Shown: piece by piece, positions 51,174 through 62,167 of the stretch
Numbering within the stretch: the first letter of the stretch is position 1
Layout: every line of letters begins with the position of its first letter
Assembly: GCA_018401415.1 (NCBI GenBank)
Contig: JAGYKV010000017.1
Coordinates: forward strand, 265,268 to 329,267
Length of the DNA stretch: 64,000 nt
Reading direction: 5' to 3'
Source of the DNA: Candidatus Nanopelagicales bacterium
GTDB taxonomy: Bacteria > Actinomycetota > Actinomycetes > S36-B12
Position numbers and translations under genes: made by a program
Notes under the pieces: generated by a model
Database searches by the model: none
Told to the model about the DNA's origin: nothing
Seen by the model: the letters and a program-made list of their open reading frames with translations, nothing else

Positions 51174-51697
51174 ACCCACAACAGAGTCGGATTGAGGTAG
51201 TGGTCCTTGTCAATTTTCAATCCCAGGTGAAGGCAGGTCATGCTGCAGTGACTGTTGCCAAGGACGGTGTACCCAATAAATTGGCCGGCCGAAATGTAAT
51301 CACCACGGGACAGAGACGACACAACGGGCTCATAGGTCGATCGAAAAGGACGAGGCCCGAATCGGGGGTGTATTCCGTGGTTGATCGACACCGTGGGTTT
51401 GCCCGCAATAATCCCAATGAAAAAGACCACACCGGCACCCACCGAGTAGACGGCCGATCCCGGGTCCGCTGGGAAATCCACACCGCGATGGCCACGTGAA
51501 TCGTGGGTGTGACCATCCGGTGGGTCAAAACCCTTGGAAATATCTTTTGGGTTCACTCCCACGAGTGGAAGTCGCCACTGGGGCGAGACCCAATTCGGTG
51601 CGGTCGGGCTTGAGGTGGGCACCGGGTTTGCATGGGCGGCATGGAGGGAACTCATGACAACCGAGCTCACCAAGAGAAGAATTAGGGACATTCGCAT
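51137..51697 (-). CDS. secreted M23-family peptidase
   Basis: The ATG at 51697 gives a signal peptide MRMSLILLLVSSVVMSSLHAAHA. HRGVDF, INHG and CLHLGLK follow. The longer track ORF (to 51934) adds 79 non-signal residues. The 3' end overlaps xerC by 37 nt. Confidence 0.8.
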   Translation of the reverse strand: MRMSLILLLVSSVVMSSLHAAHANPVPTSSPTAPNWVSPQWRLPLVGVNPKDISKGFDPPDGHTHDSRGHRGVDFPADPGSAVYSVGAGVVFFIGIIAGKPTVSINHGIHPRFGPRPFRSTYEPVVSSLSRGDYISAGQFIGYTVLGNSHCSMTCLHLGLKIDKDHYLNPTLLWVHSSSLVPSARG

Positions 51698-52007
51698 GGT
51701 TGATCGTGGTCGATATCCCCCGGCCCCTGGCAAATTTCCACAGACACGGCCTCCATGAGGGCGGTCGTAGGGATCCCTGTGGATACCCGTAGACTTCGGT
51801 GGCTTGGTTAGCTCAAGTGCTCGAAAACAAAAAGTTCGAAAATACGCGTGGCTTAATCCGGTAATCCGGCCACTTGTGCACGGTCTGTGCTTGCACAGGT
51901 TCGCAAGTGAAGTCACCAGGGGAGGGTTCCACAATGGAGCCCTTCAAAAAACCGTGTGCGGCTGCGGCCGCGTAATGAGGGCTACCTGCCCGCAAGGAGT
52001 AGTACAT

Positions 52008-52796
52008 ATGTCCGTCGTAACAATGCGACAGTTGCTGGATAGTGGCGTTCATTTTGGTCACCAAACCCGGCGCTGGAATCCTAAAATGAAACGCTTCATT
52101 TTCACCGAACGTAACGGTATTTACATTATCGACCTTCAACAATCCCTGGGATACATAGATCGCGCCTACGAATTCGTTCGTGAGACAGTTGCACGCGGTG
52201 GAACCATCATGTTTGTGGGTACCAAGAAGCAGGCTCAGGAGGCAATCGCAGAGCAGGCTACTCGGGTGGGAATGCCCTATGTCAATCACCGTTGGCTTGG
52301 TGGAATGTTGACAAATTTCAGCACGGTGCACAAGCGCCTTCAGCGCCTTAAAGAACTCGAAGTAATTGATTTCAGCGATGTCGCTGGTTCCAATCTCACC
52401 AAGAAGGAACTTTTGGTTCTTCGTCGGGAGAAAGACAAACTGGAGAGGACCCTCGGGGGAATCCGCGATATGGCCAAGATTCCTAGCATTGTGTGGGTTG
52501 TTGATACAAATAAGGAACACATTGCGGTCCAAGAAGCGCACAAGCTCAATATCCCGGTCATAGCAATGCTGGACACCAATTGCGACCCGGATGTTGTTGA
52601 TTATCCAATTCCAGGAAATGATGACGCAATTCGCGCTGTCGGACTTTTAACGCGCGTCATCGCAGATGCTGCGGCAGAAGGTTTAATCGCGCGCTCTGGT
52701 GGTGCGGCTGCGGCTGAAGTTGAGCCACTTGCGGAGTGGGAACGTGAACTTCTCGCAGTAAGTGAAGTCCCAGAAACTCCCACTGCCGAGAACTAA
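52008..52796 (+). CDS. rpsB: 30S ribosomal protein S2
   Basis: The ATG at 52008 lies 8 nt after AAGGAG. The N-terminus [27 protein letters not shown] is canonical. The track start at 51804 is an in-frame upstream extension. Confidence 0.95.
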   Translation: MSVVTMRQLLDSGVHFGHQTRRWNPKMKRFIFTERNGIYIIDLQQSLGYIDRAYEFVRETVARGGTIMFVGTKKQAQEAIAEQATRVGMPYVNHRWLGGMLTNFSTVHKRLQRLKELEVIDFSDVAGSNLTKKELLVLRREKDKLERTLGGIRDMAKIPSIVWVVDTNKEHIAVQEAHKLNIPVIAMLDTNCDPDVVDYPIPGNDDAIRAVGLLTRVIADAAAEGLIARSGGAAAAEVEPLAEWERELLAVSEVPETPTAEN

Positions 52797-52875
52797 AATG
52801 TGATGGCGGTACCGGATTCGCGGCGCCACAGTCATGACCAGAAACTATATGAACAGAAAAGGAACTTTGAGAACC

Positions 52876-53691
52876 ATGGCAACAATTAGTGCATCCGATG
52901 TGAAACGGCTTCGCGAAGCTACCTCCGCAGGAATGATGGAATGTAAAAAGGCACTCGAAGAATCCAATGGGGACTTTGACAAAGCGGTGGAGGCACTTCG
53001 AATATCGGGTGCAGCAAAGGCTGCGAAACGTGGCGCTGAGCGCACCACCTCCAATGGCATTGTTGCATCTGCTGGCAATGCACTTATTGAGTTATTGTGC
53101 GAAACGGATTTTGTGGCAAAGAGCGAGGATTTCCAGACTTTGGGAAATGCGATTGCCGCTATCGCACAGGCAAGCCAAGTGGGGACGGTAGAGGCGCTTC
53201 TGGCTCAGCAACTCGAAAGTGGTGAGTCTGTCGAGGCGGCAATTAGTGAACTTGCGGGTGTTATCGGTGAAAAAATCGAACTCGGAAGAGTTGCTGTGCT
53301 TGAAATACCCGTGGCTCTCTATTTGCACAAGCGAGCTTCAGACTTACCTCCTCAGGTCGGAGTATTAGTGGCATATAACGGCAATGAGGAAGCAGCTCGC
53401 GGGATTGCCATGCAGATTGCAGCAATGCGCCCACAATTCCTCACGCGCGAGGAGGTCCCTGCCTCAATCGTCGAAAGTGAAGAGAGAATCGCAGAGGAAA
53501 CGGCCAAAGAAGAGGGCAAACCTGAAGCCGCAATGTCCAAAATCATTGAAGGACGAGTCAACTCCTATTACAAAGATGTTGTGTTACTCGAACAAGCGAG
53601 TGTTACCGACAACAAGAAGACGGTGGCACAAGTTTTGGCTGAGGCTAATACAACGGTGACTGCCTTTGCCCGTTTTGAACCAGGGCAGTAA
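52876..53691 (+). CDS. tsf: elongation factor Ts
   Basis: The ATG at 52876 gives [27 protein letters not shown] (UBA-like N-terminus). Confidence 0.95.
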   Translation: MATISASDVKRLREATSAGMMECKKALEESNGDFDKAVEALRISGAAKAAKRGAERTTSNGIVASAGNALIELLCETDFVAKSEDFQTLGNAIAAIAQASQVGTVEALLAQQLESGESVEAAISELAGVIGEKIELGRVAVLEIPVALYLHKRASDLPPQVGVLVAYNGNEEAARGIAMQIAAMRPQFLTREEVPASIVESEERIAEETAKEEGKPEAAMSKIIEGRVNSYYKDVVLLEQASVTDNKKTVAQVLAEANTTVTAFARFEPGQ

Positions 53692-54516
<825 letters not shown>

Positions 54517-54558
54517 AATGGTAATCAATGTGAATGAATCAAGAGATGGGAACTGACA

Positions 54559-55125
54559 ATGTCAGAGGAAATTGATCTCATTCTGGCTGAGGCCGGAGAG
54601 AAAATGGACAAAGCCATTGCTGTAGCGCGGGAGGATTTCTCCACGATCCGAACCGGCAGGGCAACTCCTGCGATGTTTAATAAGATCTCGGTTGACTACT
54701 ACGGTACTCAAACCCCAATAAATCAATTAGCTTCTTTTCAGACTCCCGAAGCCCGAATGATTTTGATTACCCCTTATGACAAAGGTGCCATGGCCGGAAT
54801 CGAAAAGTCTTTGCGTGACAGTGATCTTGGTATCAATCCGACCACCGATGGCAATGTGATTCGAGTAGTGCTGCCACAACTCACGGAGGATCGTCGCAAG
54901 GAATACATCAAGCTCGCTCGTACCAAGGGTGAAGATGCGAAAATTTCAATTCGCAATGTCCGTCGCCATGCGAAGGAAACTCTAGAATCCATGCAAAAGG
55001 ATGGCGATGCAGGGGAAGACGATATTCGCCGTGCTGAAAAGGCGCTGGATGACCTGACCCACAAAAATACCGAGCACATCGATGAAATCCTGAAGCACAA
55101 AGAAGCTGAGTTGCTCGAGGTCTGA
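54559..55125 (+). CDS. frr: ribosome recycling factor
   Basis: 188 aa. FSTIRTGRATPAMF and IRNVRRHA. Confidence 0.95.
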   Translation: MSEEIDLILAEAGEKMDKAIAVAREDFSTIRTGRATPAMFNKISVDYYGTQTPINQLASFQTPEARMILITPYDKGAMAGIEKSLRDSDLGINPTTDGNVIRVVLPQLTEDRRKEYIKLARTKGEDAKISIRNVRRHAKETLESMQKDGDAGEDDIRRAEKALDDLTHKNTEHIDEILKHKEAELLEV

Positions 55126-55128
55126 CGG

Positions 55129-55977
55129 ATGAAATCTGTGCAGCCAACGCCAAAAGCGGGGAGGAATCTGCCCGCCGCTATTGCATCTGGCGTTGCTTTG
55201 GTAGTGATTGTCATCCTGTCTCTATTCACCCTGAAGTGGATTTTCGGGGTTGTGGCGATCATTGCCCTACTTATTGCGGTCCGGGAGTTCGTCACTGTTT
55301 TGTCTCGTCGAAATATCTCGGTGTCGAGGACTCCCGTGTACCTGGCCACGGTGCTCATTCCTGCAGCGGCGTACATCTGGGGATTTGAAGCGCAACTCAT
55401 TGCAACGGGGGTTTTTGTCCTCCTTGTCATGTTTTGGCGAATTCGAAAGGGTGCCTCAGGTTATCTCGTTGACATTGGCGCATCGGTTCTTTTAGTTGCC
55501 TACCTGCCCTTCATGGCGGCATTTCTCATGTTGACGTTGGCCGCAGACAACGGACCCTGGAGAGTCGCAGTCTTTATTTTGCTTACCGTTTCGAACGATA
55601 TTGGGGGATACGCTTTCGGTGTGCTTTTTGGCAAGCACCCGATGGCACCACATCTCAGTCCTAAAAAGTCGTGGGAGGGGTTCGCGGGCAGCGTTATTCT
55701 TCAATCGGTCGTTGGCATCATCGCATTTGTTCTGGTTTTCCAGGCACCGTGGTGGCAAGGCTTGGTTGCGGGACTGGTCTTGACCGTTACGGCCACGGGC
55801 GGAGATTTCGTCGAAAGCGCCATTAAGCGGGACTTGGGCGTAAAAGATATGGGGTCGATGGTTCCTGGCCATGGTGGAATAATGGATCGACTTGATTCCC
55901 TCATTCCAAATGCTTTTGCATCCTGGGTGGTTTTCACCATCTTTCTTGGATCCGGTGTAGTTGCAGTGAGTGCCTAA
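55129..55977 (+). CDS. cdsA: phosphatidate cytidylyltransferase
   Basis: 282 aa, polytopic membrane protein. CTP-transferase signature [28 protein letters not shown]. Confidence 0.9.
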   Translation: MKSVQPTPKAGRNLPAAIASGVALVVIVILSLFTLKWIFGVVAIIALLIAVREFVTVLSRRNISVSRTPVYLATVLIPAAAYIWGFEAQLIATGVFVLLVMFWRIRKGASGYLVDIGASVLLVAYLPFMAAFLMLTLAADNGPWRVAVFILLTVSNDIGGYAFGVLFGKHPMAPHLSPKKSWEGFAGSVILQSVVGIIAFVLVFQAPWWQGLVAGLVLTVTATGGDFVESAIKRDLGVKDMGSMVPGHGGIMDRLDSLIPNAFASWVVFTIFLGSGVVAVSA

Positions 55978-57077
55978 TGCCACGGCCCGGCGAGCTAATC
56001 TTTGAGTCCCCAAAGCGTGGAAAACCGCCAATCCATTTTCTTGACTTAGATCAAAACGGCCGTAAAAAGGCGGTTTCCGATCTTGGTTTACCCGGTTTTC
56101 GCGCGGATCAAGTATCACGTCATATTTTTGAACACCTCGATAAAGACCCGCAGGATTGGACGGATATTCCTGCTGAGGACCGAAATGTCATTCTTGACTC
56201 TCTTCTGCCGACTTTGCTCAACCCGGTTCGTTCAATTGAGTGTGACAACGGTGAAACCGTGAAGTCGCTGTGGCGTCTCCACGATGGTTCCTTGGTGGAA
56301 AGTGTGCTCATGCGGTACCCCAGTCGAGTGACCATGTGTATCTCGTCTCAGGCGGGCTGTGGAATGAATTGCCCATTCTGCGCAACAGGTCAAGCGGGAT
56401 TAACAAGAAATCTTTCTTCGGCCGAAATATTTGGTCAGGTGTTAGCTGGGGCGCAGAGTTTGGCCCGCAATCAGATTGCCGGCGGCCTTGGGCGAGTATC
56501 GAATATCGTTTTCATGGGAATGGGTGAACCATTAGCCAATTACAACGCTGTGATGACCGCCATCCACAGAATAGTCGACCCCTCACCATCTGGTCTCGGA
56601 ATTTCAGCTCGGGGTGTGACGGTATCGACCGTGGGACTTGTTCCACGAATCAAACAACTTGCCGCCGAGGGGATACCACTCACACTGGCGGTATCCCTTC
56701 ACGCTCCAGATAACGAACTCAGAGACACTCTCGTCCCGGTGAACACCCGCTGGCCTGTTGAAGAGGTGCTCGATTCAGCGTGGGAATACGCGCGAGTGAC
56801 CAACCGCAGAGTCAGTATTGAGTATGCACTCATTAAGGACATCAATGATCAACCCGAGCGTGCGCACCTATTGGGAGAGAAATTGCGGGATCAGTTGGTG
56901 CACGTCAACTTGATCCCATTAAACCCGACACCTGGATCGAAGTGGACCGCTTCGCGGCCCGAAGACGAAGCAGCGTTTGTTCGGATTTTACAGGAGTACG
57001 GTGTCGCAGTGACCGTGCGAGATACTAGGGGTCGGGAAATTGATGGGGCCTGCGGGCAACTAGCAGCATTGGAGTGA
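55977..57077 (+). CDS. rlmN: 23S rRNA/tRNA adenine-C2 methyltransferase (radical SAM)
   Basis: 366 aa. Radical-SAM motif [11 protein letters not shown] and the C-terminal catalytic Cys region GACGQL. TAATG overlap with cdsA. Confidence 0.95.
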   Translation: MPRPGELIFESPKRGKPPIHFLDLDQNGRKKAVSDLGLPGFRADQVSRHIFEHLDKDPQDWTDIPAEDRNVILDSLLPTLLNPVRSIECDNGETVKSLWRLHDGSLVESVLMRYPSRVTMCISSQAGCGMNCPFCATGQAGLTRNLSSAEIFGQVLAGAQSLARNQIAGGLGRVSNIVFMGMGEPLANYNAVMTAIHRIVDPSPSGLGISARGVTVSTVGLVPRIKQLAAEGIPLTLAVSLHAPDNELRDTLVPVNTRWPVEEVLDSAWEYARVTNRRVSIEYALIKDINDQPERAHLLGEKLRDQLVHVNLIPLNPTPGSKWTASRPEDEAAFVRILQEYGVAVTVRDTRGREIDGACGQLAALE

Positions 57078-57086
57078 GGTTCAAGG

Positions 57087-57671
57087 GTGAATACGAAAGA
57101 GAGTGTATTTAAGGTTCAGAAGGTTGACAAGTCATTGATCAGCGCATTGCTCTTTGCATTTCTTAAACTTGTGGCCCTATTTGCGGTCGTGGTATTTCTC
57201 CTCAGCCGGCTGCCTGAAGATGACCGAGAGATGCAGTCTTATGGGGTAGTGGGCGCCTTCATCTTCTTGTCCATTGTTTATGGAATTTACTTCTTTTACC
57301 AACTGCGGAGTATCAGTCGAGCGCAGCACCCAGGAGTCCGAGCGTCTGAGGCAATGATTTCTTCAGCCTTCCTCTTTCTCGCAATGTTTGCCACGATCTA
57401 CACCATCATCAGTGCTGGAGACGCGGGAGCGTTCACCGAGAAACTCACCCCATTCACCGGGTCCTATGTAGCAGTCACAATTTTGTCAACCGTGGGTTTT
57501 GGCGATATCACCCCCATATCTGTTGCCGCACGAAGTGTTGTCATGATCCAAATGATTTTGGGTCTCGTCTATCTGGGATTGGTTGTCAAAGTTTTCGCAG
57601 GCGCGGCCAAGAAGCGAAAGAGCAGTCGCGCGTACGAGGGCGGAACTGAGCACTCAGACCCACGGGGGTGA
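57087..57671 (+). CDS. small potassium-channel family protein
   Basis: 194 aa with a GTG start. Four hydrophobic segments and a K+ selectivity-filter-like pore loop, LSTVGFGDITP. Confidence 0.75.
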   Translation: MNTKESVFKVQKVDKSLISALLFAFLKLVALFAVVVFLLSRLPEDDREMQSYGVVGAFIFLSIVYGIYFFYQLRSISRAQHPGVRASEAMISSAFLFLAMFATIYTIISAGDAGAFTEKLTPFTGSYVAVTILSTVGFGDITPISVAARSVVMIQMILGLVYLGLVVKVFAGAAKKRKSSRAYEGGTEHSDPRG

Positions 57672-57723
57672 GGATCGATGAGCACCCAGCTCCGCATTGA
57701 CAGGGTAACTGAAAAAGGCGTCC

Positions 57724-58846
57724 TTACATGTCATCGAGGTGATAATGCTCGATCAATTCTTGTGATGATTGTCCCAATGAGGGCGCAGGTAAATACGTCT
57801 CGATGGGTGTGGCGGACATGGAAAGAGGATTTGCTACCTGCCCATCGATGATCGGATCAAGACCTAACTGACTGGCCAATGTGAAGGCCTGATCCATGGC
57901 GTTTATCGGACCACTCGGAACGCCAGCTTCGTTGAGCAATTGCGTCCAGGTTGAGGAACTTCGGGTTACTAAGCGGGACTGGAGAATATCTGTTAACCGG
58001 ATTCGATTCTCCACGCGAGCTTGATTCGTCGAGAACATGGGATCCTTCACCAGGTTATCCAATGTCAGAATGCGACACAATTGGGTGAATTGTAAGTTAT
58101 TGCCCACCGCGATCACCATGGACTGATCTTGAGTGGCAAAGACTTCATAGGGAGCAATACTGGGGTGGACATTGCCCATTCGTTGTGGGATCACTCCACC
58201 CAAGGCAAATGCACCACTTTGATTGACCATAGATGACAACAAGAGCCGAGAGCAGATTAGTCTCAATGTGCTGACCCTGTCCGGAGGATTCCCTAGCGTG
58301 CAATGCAGCGAGAATCCCGATCGTTGCGTGCAATCCAGTTACGACATCAACCAATGCGACGCCCACCTTCGTGGGCTCGGCATGGCCGGTGATACTCATC
58401 AGCCCGCCCATGGCCTGGACGAGAAGGTCATATCCTGCCAATCGACTCCCAGCTCTACTTCCAAAACCACTTATGCTGCAGTAGATCAGCTGTGGATTAA
58501 CTTCCGAGAGGCTTGAGTAATCGAGTCCAAATCTTTGGAGAGCACCAACTTTGTGATTCTCAACCAAGACGTCTGCCTGTTTTGCCAAGTTAACTGCTCG
58601 TTTGCGATCCCGCTCTTCAGTGAAGTCCAATGTCAAGGATTTCTTGTTTCGATTGATGCTGTCGAAATAGGTGGAGCGGCCATCGGGAGTGGTGGGAGGA
58701 ATCCAAGAACGAGTGTCATCGCCGGTTGCTGGCTTCTCAACCTTAATCACGGTTGCCCCCAGATCAGCCAGCAACATGGTTGCATATGGACCCGCAAGAA
58801 TTCGCGAAAAATCCGCAACAAGAATCCCGTCAAGTGCTCCGGTCAT
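57724..58846 (-). pseudogene. family III (CaiB/BaiF) CoA-transferase interrupted by a +1 frameshift
   Basis: ORF 58846..58145 carries the N-terminal two-thirds (GILVADFSRILAGPYATMLLADLGATVIKVE). ORF 58266..57724 in another frame carries the rest (GNVHPSIAPYEVFATQD). The two overlap by 122 nt, and family continuity places the shift near 58238-58246. Confidence 0.7.
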
Positions 58847-58877
58847 AACGTGTTCGTCATATCGTGACTCGTGAAAG

Positions 58878-60065
58878 TTACTTAAATGCCGAAATGCCGG
58901 TCAAAGCTTGACCGATTACAAGGGTGTGCATTTCGTTTGTTCCTTCGTATGTAAATACCGACTCTAAATTGTTCATGTGCCGCATGATCGGATACTCGAG
59001 TGTTATTCCATTACCGCCGAGGATGCTCCGACATTCGCGCGCTATTGCTAGGGCTTCTCGCGCATTATTCAATTTCCCAAGCGAAATCTGCTCAGGTGAG
59101 ACCCCCGTCGAATCTTTTAGGTTGGCCAAATGAATGGCAAGCAACATGCCTTTGCCAAGTTCGAGAGTCATATCTGCAAGTTTCTTTTGTGTCAGTTGAT
59201 AGCCGGCGATCGGTCGATCAAATTGCTGGCGGTCAATTGCATAGGCGATTGTGGTGTCAAGACAGTCGCGTGCTGCCCCTAAAGTGCCGAAGGCGATTCC
59301 AAACCGAGCCTCGTTCAAGCATGAAAGTGGACCGCGCAATCCGCGAACAAGCGGAAGGACCGAGTCCGCCGGCAGACGAACATCTGTGAAGACCAATTCA
59401 CTTGTTACCGATGCCCTCAGTGACATCTTTTTGTGAATGGGATTGGCCACAAATCCCGGCGTATTGGTTGGAACAATGAAGCCCCGAATACCGTCGTCCG
59501 TTTGTGCCCAAACGATTGCTACATCTGAGACGCTGCCATTGGTGATCCACATTTTTGAACCATTAAGGATCCAGTCTGCCCCGGGTGCGCCACCATCCCT
59601 GCGGGCATGTGTGCGCATGCCCTGGGGGTTTGAACCAAAATCCGCCTCGGTCAGGCCGAAGCAGCCAAGGTACTCTCCCTCGGCCATGCCAGGAAGCCAC
59701 TGTTTCTTGTGGTCATCGGAGCCGAATTCATGAATGGCAAACATGGCGAGTGATCCCTGAACACTGACCAGTGAGCGAATCCCAGAGTCTCCCGCTTCCA
59801 ATTCCAGTGCTGCCAAGCCGTACGCCAAGGCGCTCGTGCCTGCGCAGCCGTAGCCGTGCAGGTGCATTCCAAGTAGTCCGAGTGCTCCAAAATCCTTGGC
59901 CAATTCACGAGCGGGTATCTCACCTCGTTCGAACCAGTCGGCAATATCGGGTTTGATCCGGCTTTCTACATATTCGCGCACTACCGATTGAATGGCCCGA
60001 TCTTCCTCTGAGAGCAGACCATCGATGTTAAAGAGGGCCAATGGTGAGGTGATGGAGCCGGTCAT
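58878..60065 (-). CDS. gcdH: glutaryl-CoA dehydrogenase-like acyl-CoA dehydrogenase
   Basis: 395 aa. LSEEDRAIQ, GCFGLTEADFGSNPQGMRT, GSKMWITNGSVSDVAIVWAQ and YEGTNEMHTL match the GCDH subfamily pattern as I recall it. It is paired with a family III CoA-transferase. Confidence 0.75.
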   Translation of the reverse strand: MTGSITSPLALFNIDGLLSEEDRAIQSVVREYVESRIKPDIADWFERGEIPARELAKDFGALGLLGMHLHGYGCAGTSALAYGLAALELEAGDSGIRSLVSVQGSLAMFAIHEFGSDDHKKQWLPGMAEGEYLGCFGLTEADFGSNPQGMRTHARRDGGAPGADWILNGSKMWITNGSVSDVAIVWAQTDDGIRGFIVPTNTPGFVANPIHKKMSLRASVTSELVFTDVRLPADSVLPLVRGLRGPLSCLNEARFGIAFGTLGAARDCLDTTIAYAIDRQQFDRPIAGYQLTQKKLADMTLELGKGMLLAIHLANLKDSTGVSPEQISLGKLNNAREALAIARECRSILGGNGITLEYPIMRHMNNLESVFTYEGTNEMHTLVIGQALTGISAFK

Positions 60066-60128
60066 TGCGGGTTCCTTCCCGTGGGGTGAGTGGCGTAGCC
60101 GAGTGTATCCATTTTTCTACCGCGTTTT

Positions 60129-61514
60129 TCATTGACCAAGAAGGCGTCCAACAACTTGGGCTGCCCGCGACTGTTTACCTGTTCTGTCCTCGTAGTCATC
60201 TGCCCGTTGCATGATTTGAAGACCGGCATTTGCGCCTAACCAACGCAAGGGCTCAGGTTCCCACGAGGGAGACCGGTGGCCAACCCATGCAAGGGTGGTG
60301 ACATCAGATTCGGTTTTGGTAATTAAGTGTGCGAGAGTCTTGCCGCCAAGATGGCTGGTGCCGACACCATCGCCTACATAGCCGCCTGACCAGCCTTCTC
60401 CGGTACTTCGATCAAGTCCACATGATGCCCACCAGTCTCGAGCAATTCCAAGTGGACCTCCCCATGTGTGCGTCACGCGTGAGCTCCGGAGGATTGGAAA
60501 CATGTCCGTGAGTGTTTGCCACAACTCACGATGAACCTTGTGATTGCGGTCTTGAGAGTCCGAGATTCGCGAACCAAAGAAATATGGTGCACCGCGACCG
60601 CCAAATGCGATCCGATCATCTGCGGTTCGTTGCCCATAAATTACAAGATTCCGGTAGTCGGAGAAAGTTTGGCGCTCCTGCAATCCGATCTCGCCGATCT
60701 GCGCTTTCGAGAGTGGTTCAGTTGCGAGCATTAGTGAATAGACGGGCGCCAAGGTTCGCGTATACCCACGAATGGTTCGCGTGTATCCCTCTGTTGCCCG
60801 AATTGTAATCGGCGCTCGAACGGATCCAGTTCGCGTTCGAATAATCCCCGGGGACATCTCAGTGACGGGTGAGTGTCGATAAAACTTTACCCCGTTGTTT
60901 TCCAGGTAGCGGACAAGTTCGCTCACAAGCAGATATGGATTAATAGCAGCGCAGTGTGGCGTAAATGTGCCACCAAGAACATCTGTAGCCCCCAACTGCT
61001 GGAGTGTGTCTTCTCGGTTCATGTACATCAAATCGTCGCCCAGTCCCCAAGACTGCATTTCCTGCACCGCGGCGTGGGCACGCTCGAGTTGAATCGGCGT
61101 GCGAGCGGCTACGACGGTGCCACCATGTGCCCAATCAACATTCCAGTCGTGTTCACGGATGACGGCACCAATGTCGCCGATGTTATTCACCATGGCTTGA
61201 TGCATGCGTAATGCATCTTGGGTGGACGTGGATCGGGCGAGAGCGGTCAAATGGGCAGGAAAGAGTGCCGATACCCATCCGCCGTTACGACCGCTAGCCC
61301 CAAAACCAGGGTAACGTGCATCGATAATGCACACGGTGATACTTGGATCAAGCTTGGTCAGGTAGTAGGCGGTCCACAATCCGGTGAAGCCGCCACCAAC
61401 GATGGCGACATCTGCTGAAGTATTTTCATCCAGGGCAGGACCCACGGTAACTTCACCGGTTACCAGATCCGAATCAACCCACAATGATTGATTCATGTTG
61501 CTCAGACTCTCCAC
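60129..61514 (-). CDS. FAD-dependent oxidoreductase (DAO/PuuB-like)
   Basis: 461 aa. Dinucleotide-binding motif DVAIVGGGFTGLWTAYYL and GFGASGRNGGW. The start is ATG 61514 or ATG 61496. Confidence 0.8.
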   Translation of the reverse strand: MESLSNMNQSLWVDSDLVTGEVTVGPALDENTSADVAIVGGGFTGLWTAYYLTKLDPSITVCIIDARYPGFGASGRNGGWVSALFPAHLTALARSTSTQDALRMHQAMVNNIGDIGAVIREHDWNVDWAHGGTVVAARTPIQLERAHAAVQEMQSWGLGDDLMYMNREDTLQQLGATDVLGGTFTPHCAAINPYLLVSELVRYLENNGVKFYRHSPVTEMSPGIIRTRTGSVRAPITIRATEGYTRTIRGYTRTLAPVYSLMLATEPLSKAQIGEIGLQERQTFSDYRNLVIYGQRTADDRIAFGGRGAPYFFGSRISDSQDRNHKVHRELWQTLTDMFPILRSSRVTHTWGGPLGIARDWWASCGLDRSTGEGWSGGYVGDGVGTSHLGGKTLAHLITKTESDVTTLAWVGHRSPSWEPEPLRWLGANAGLQIMQRADDYEDRTGKQSRAAQVVGRLLGQ

Positions 61515-62167
61515 TTTTGTACATATGGTGGAATGGGAGTTTCCTGTGGCACATGGGGATCCGGAATCGGAACGCCATATGAAGAATTAATGGGTACAAC
61601 TCCTGCCCACAGATCCCTACCCTGGACCGTATGTAGATCCGCAGGGTTATCGTCGGGATCCCCTTCTCCCACTTTCACCGACCACTCGGTGATATTCATA
61701 GCCAGAGTGTAAGTAGCTTTGAGCTCTTGCAATGTCGGTTGGCGGGCATCATTCCAGCGTCCAGGCATGAGATGTTCTGTGATGGTGTGGAGTGCCCGAA
61801 GTTCGAAATCCCCTTCGAGCAGTGTAAAAGTTCCGAAGATCATGGCGGATCGATAGTTCATGCTTGACTCGAAAAGGCTCCGAGCAAGAACGAGGCCATC
61901 GAGGATCGTCACCGTTGCGCAGGCGGGAGAACCCGCGGCCAGGAGAGTGAAGAGCCGCGATGCTGCGGATCCGTGAATCAGGAATTGATCGTCTTGGCGG
62001 GCATAGGCAACTGGAATGACTACGGGGTATTCACCATCTACCGTCCCGACATGGGCAACCATACCTGCGTCGAGAATTCCATTTAGTATCTGGCGATCCG
62101 TCCTCGCCTTGTCGGGTAGCCGCTTTACTCGGGTCAAACTTGGATCAGGCATGGTGGACTCCGTCAC
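61502..62167 (-). CDS. pyridoxamine 5'-phosphate oxidase-like (FMN-binding split-barrel) family protein
   Basis: 221 aa. ILDAGMVAHVGTVDGEYPVVIPVAYARQDDQFLIHGSAASR is typical of the PNPOx-like/NimA-type split-barrel family. Its ATG overlaps the aminotransferase stop (ATGA-type overlap). Confidence 0.65.
   Translation of the reverse strand: MTESTMPDPSLTRVKRLPDKARTDRQILNGILDAGMVAHVGTVDGEYPVVIPVAYARQDDQFLIHGSAASRLFTLLAAGSPACATVTILDGLVLARSLFESSMNYRSAMIFGTFTLLEGDFELRALHTITEHLMPGRWNDARQPTLQELKATYTLAMNITEWSVKVGEGDPDDNPADLHTVQGRDLWAGVVPINSSYGVPIPDPHVPQETPIPPYVQKWRV

Noticed and set aside
51813-52541. A 242-aa minus-strand ORF running antisense across the whole of rpsB.
   Set aside because: It is the mirror frame of a highly conserved gene. 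Its translation has no recognisable motifs and no start-site signals. I treat it as a shadow ORF.
54774-56118. Two long minus-strand ORFs (218 aa and 208 aa) antisense to frr, cdsA and rlmN.
   Set aside because: Both have the Ser/Arg/Thr-rich composition typical of antisense frames and are fully covered by well-supported plus-strand genes.
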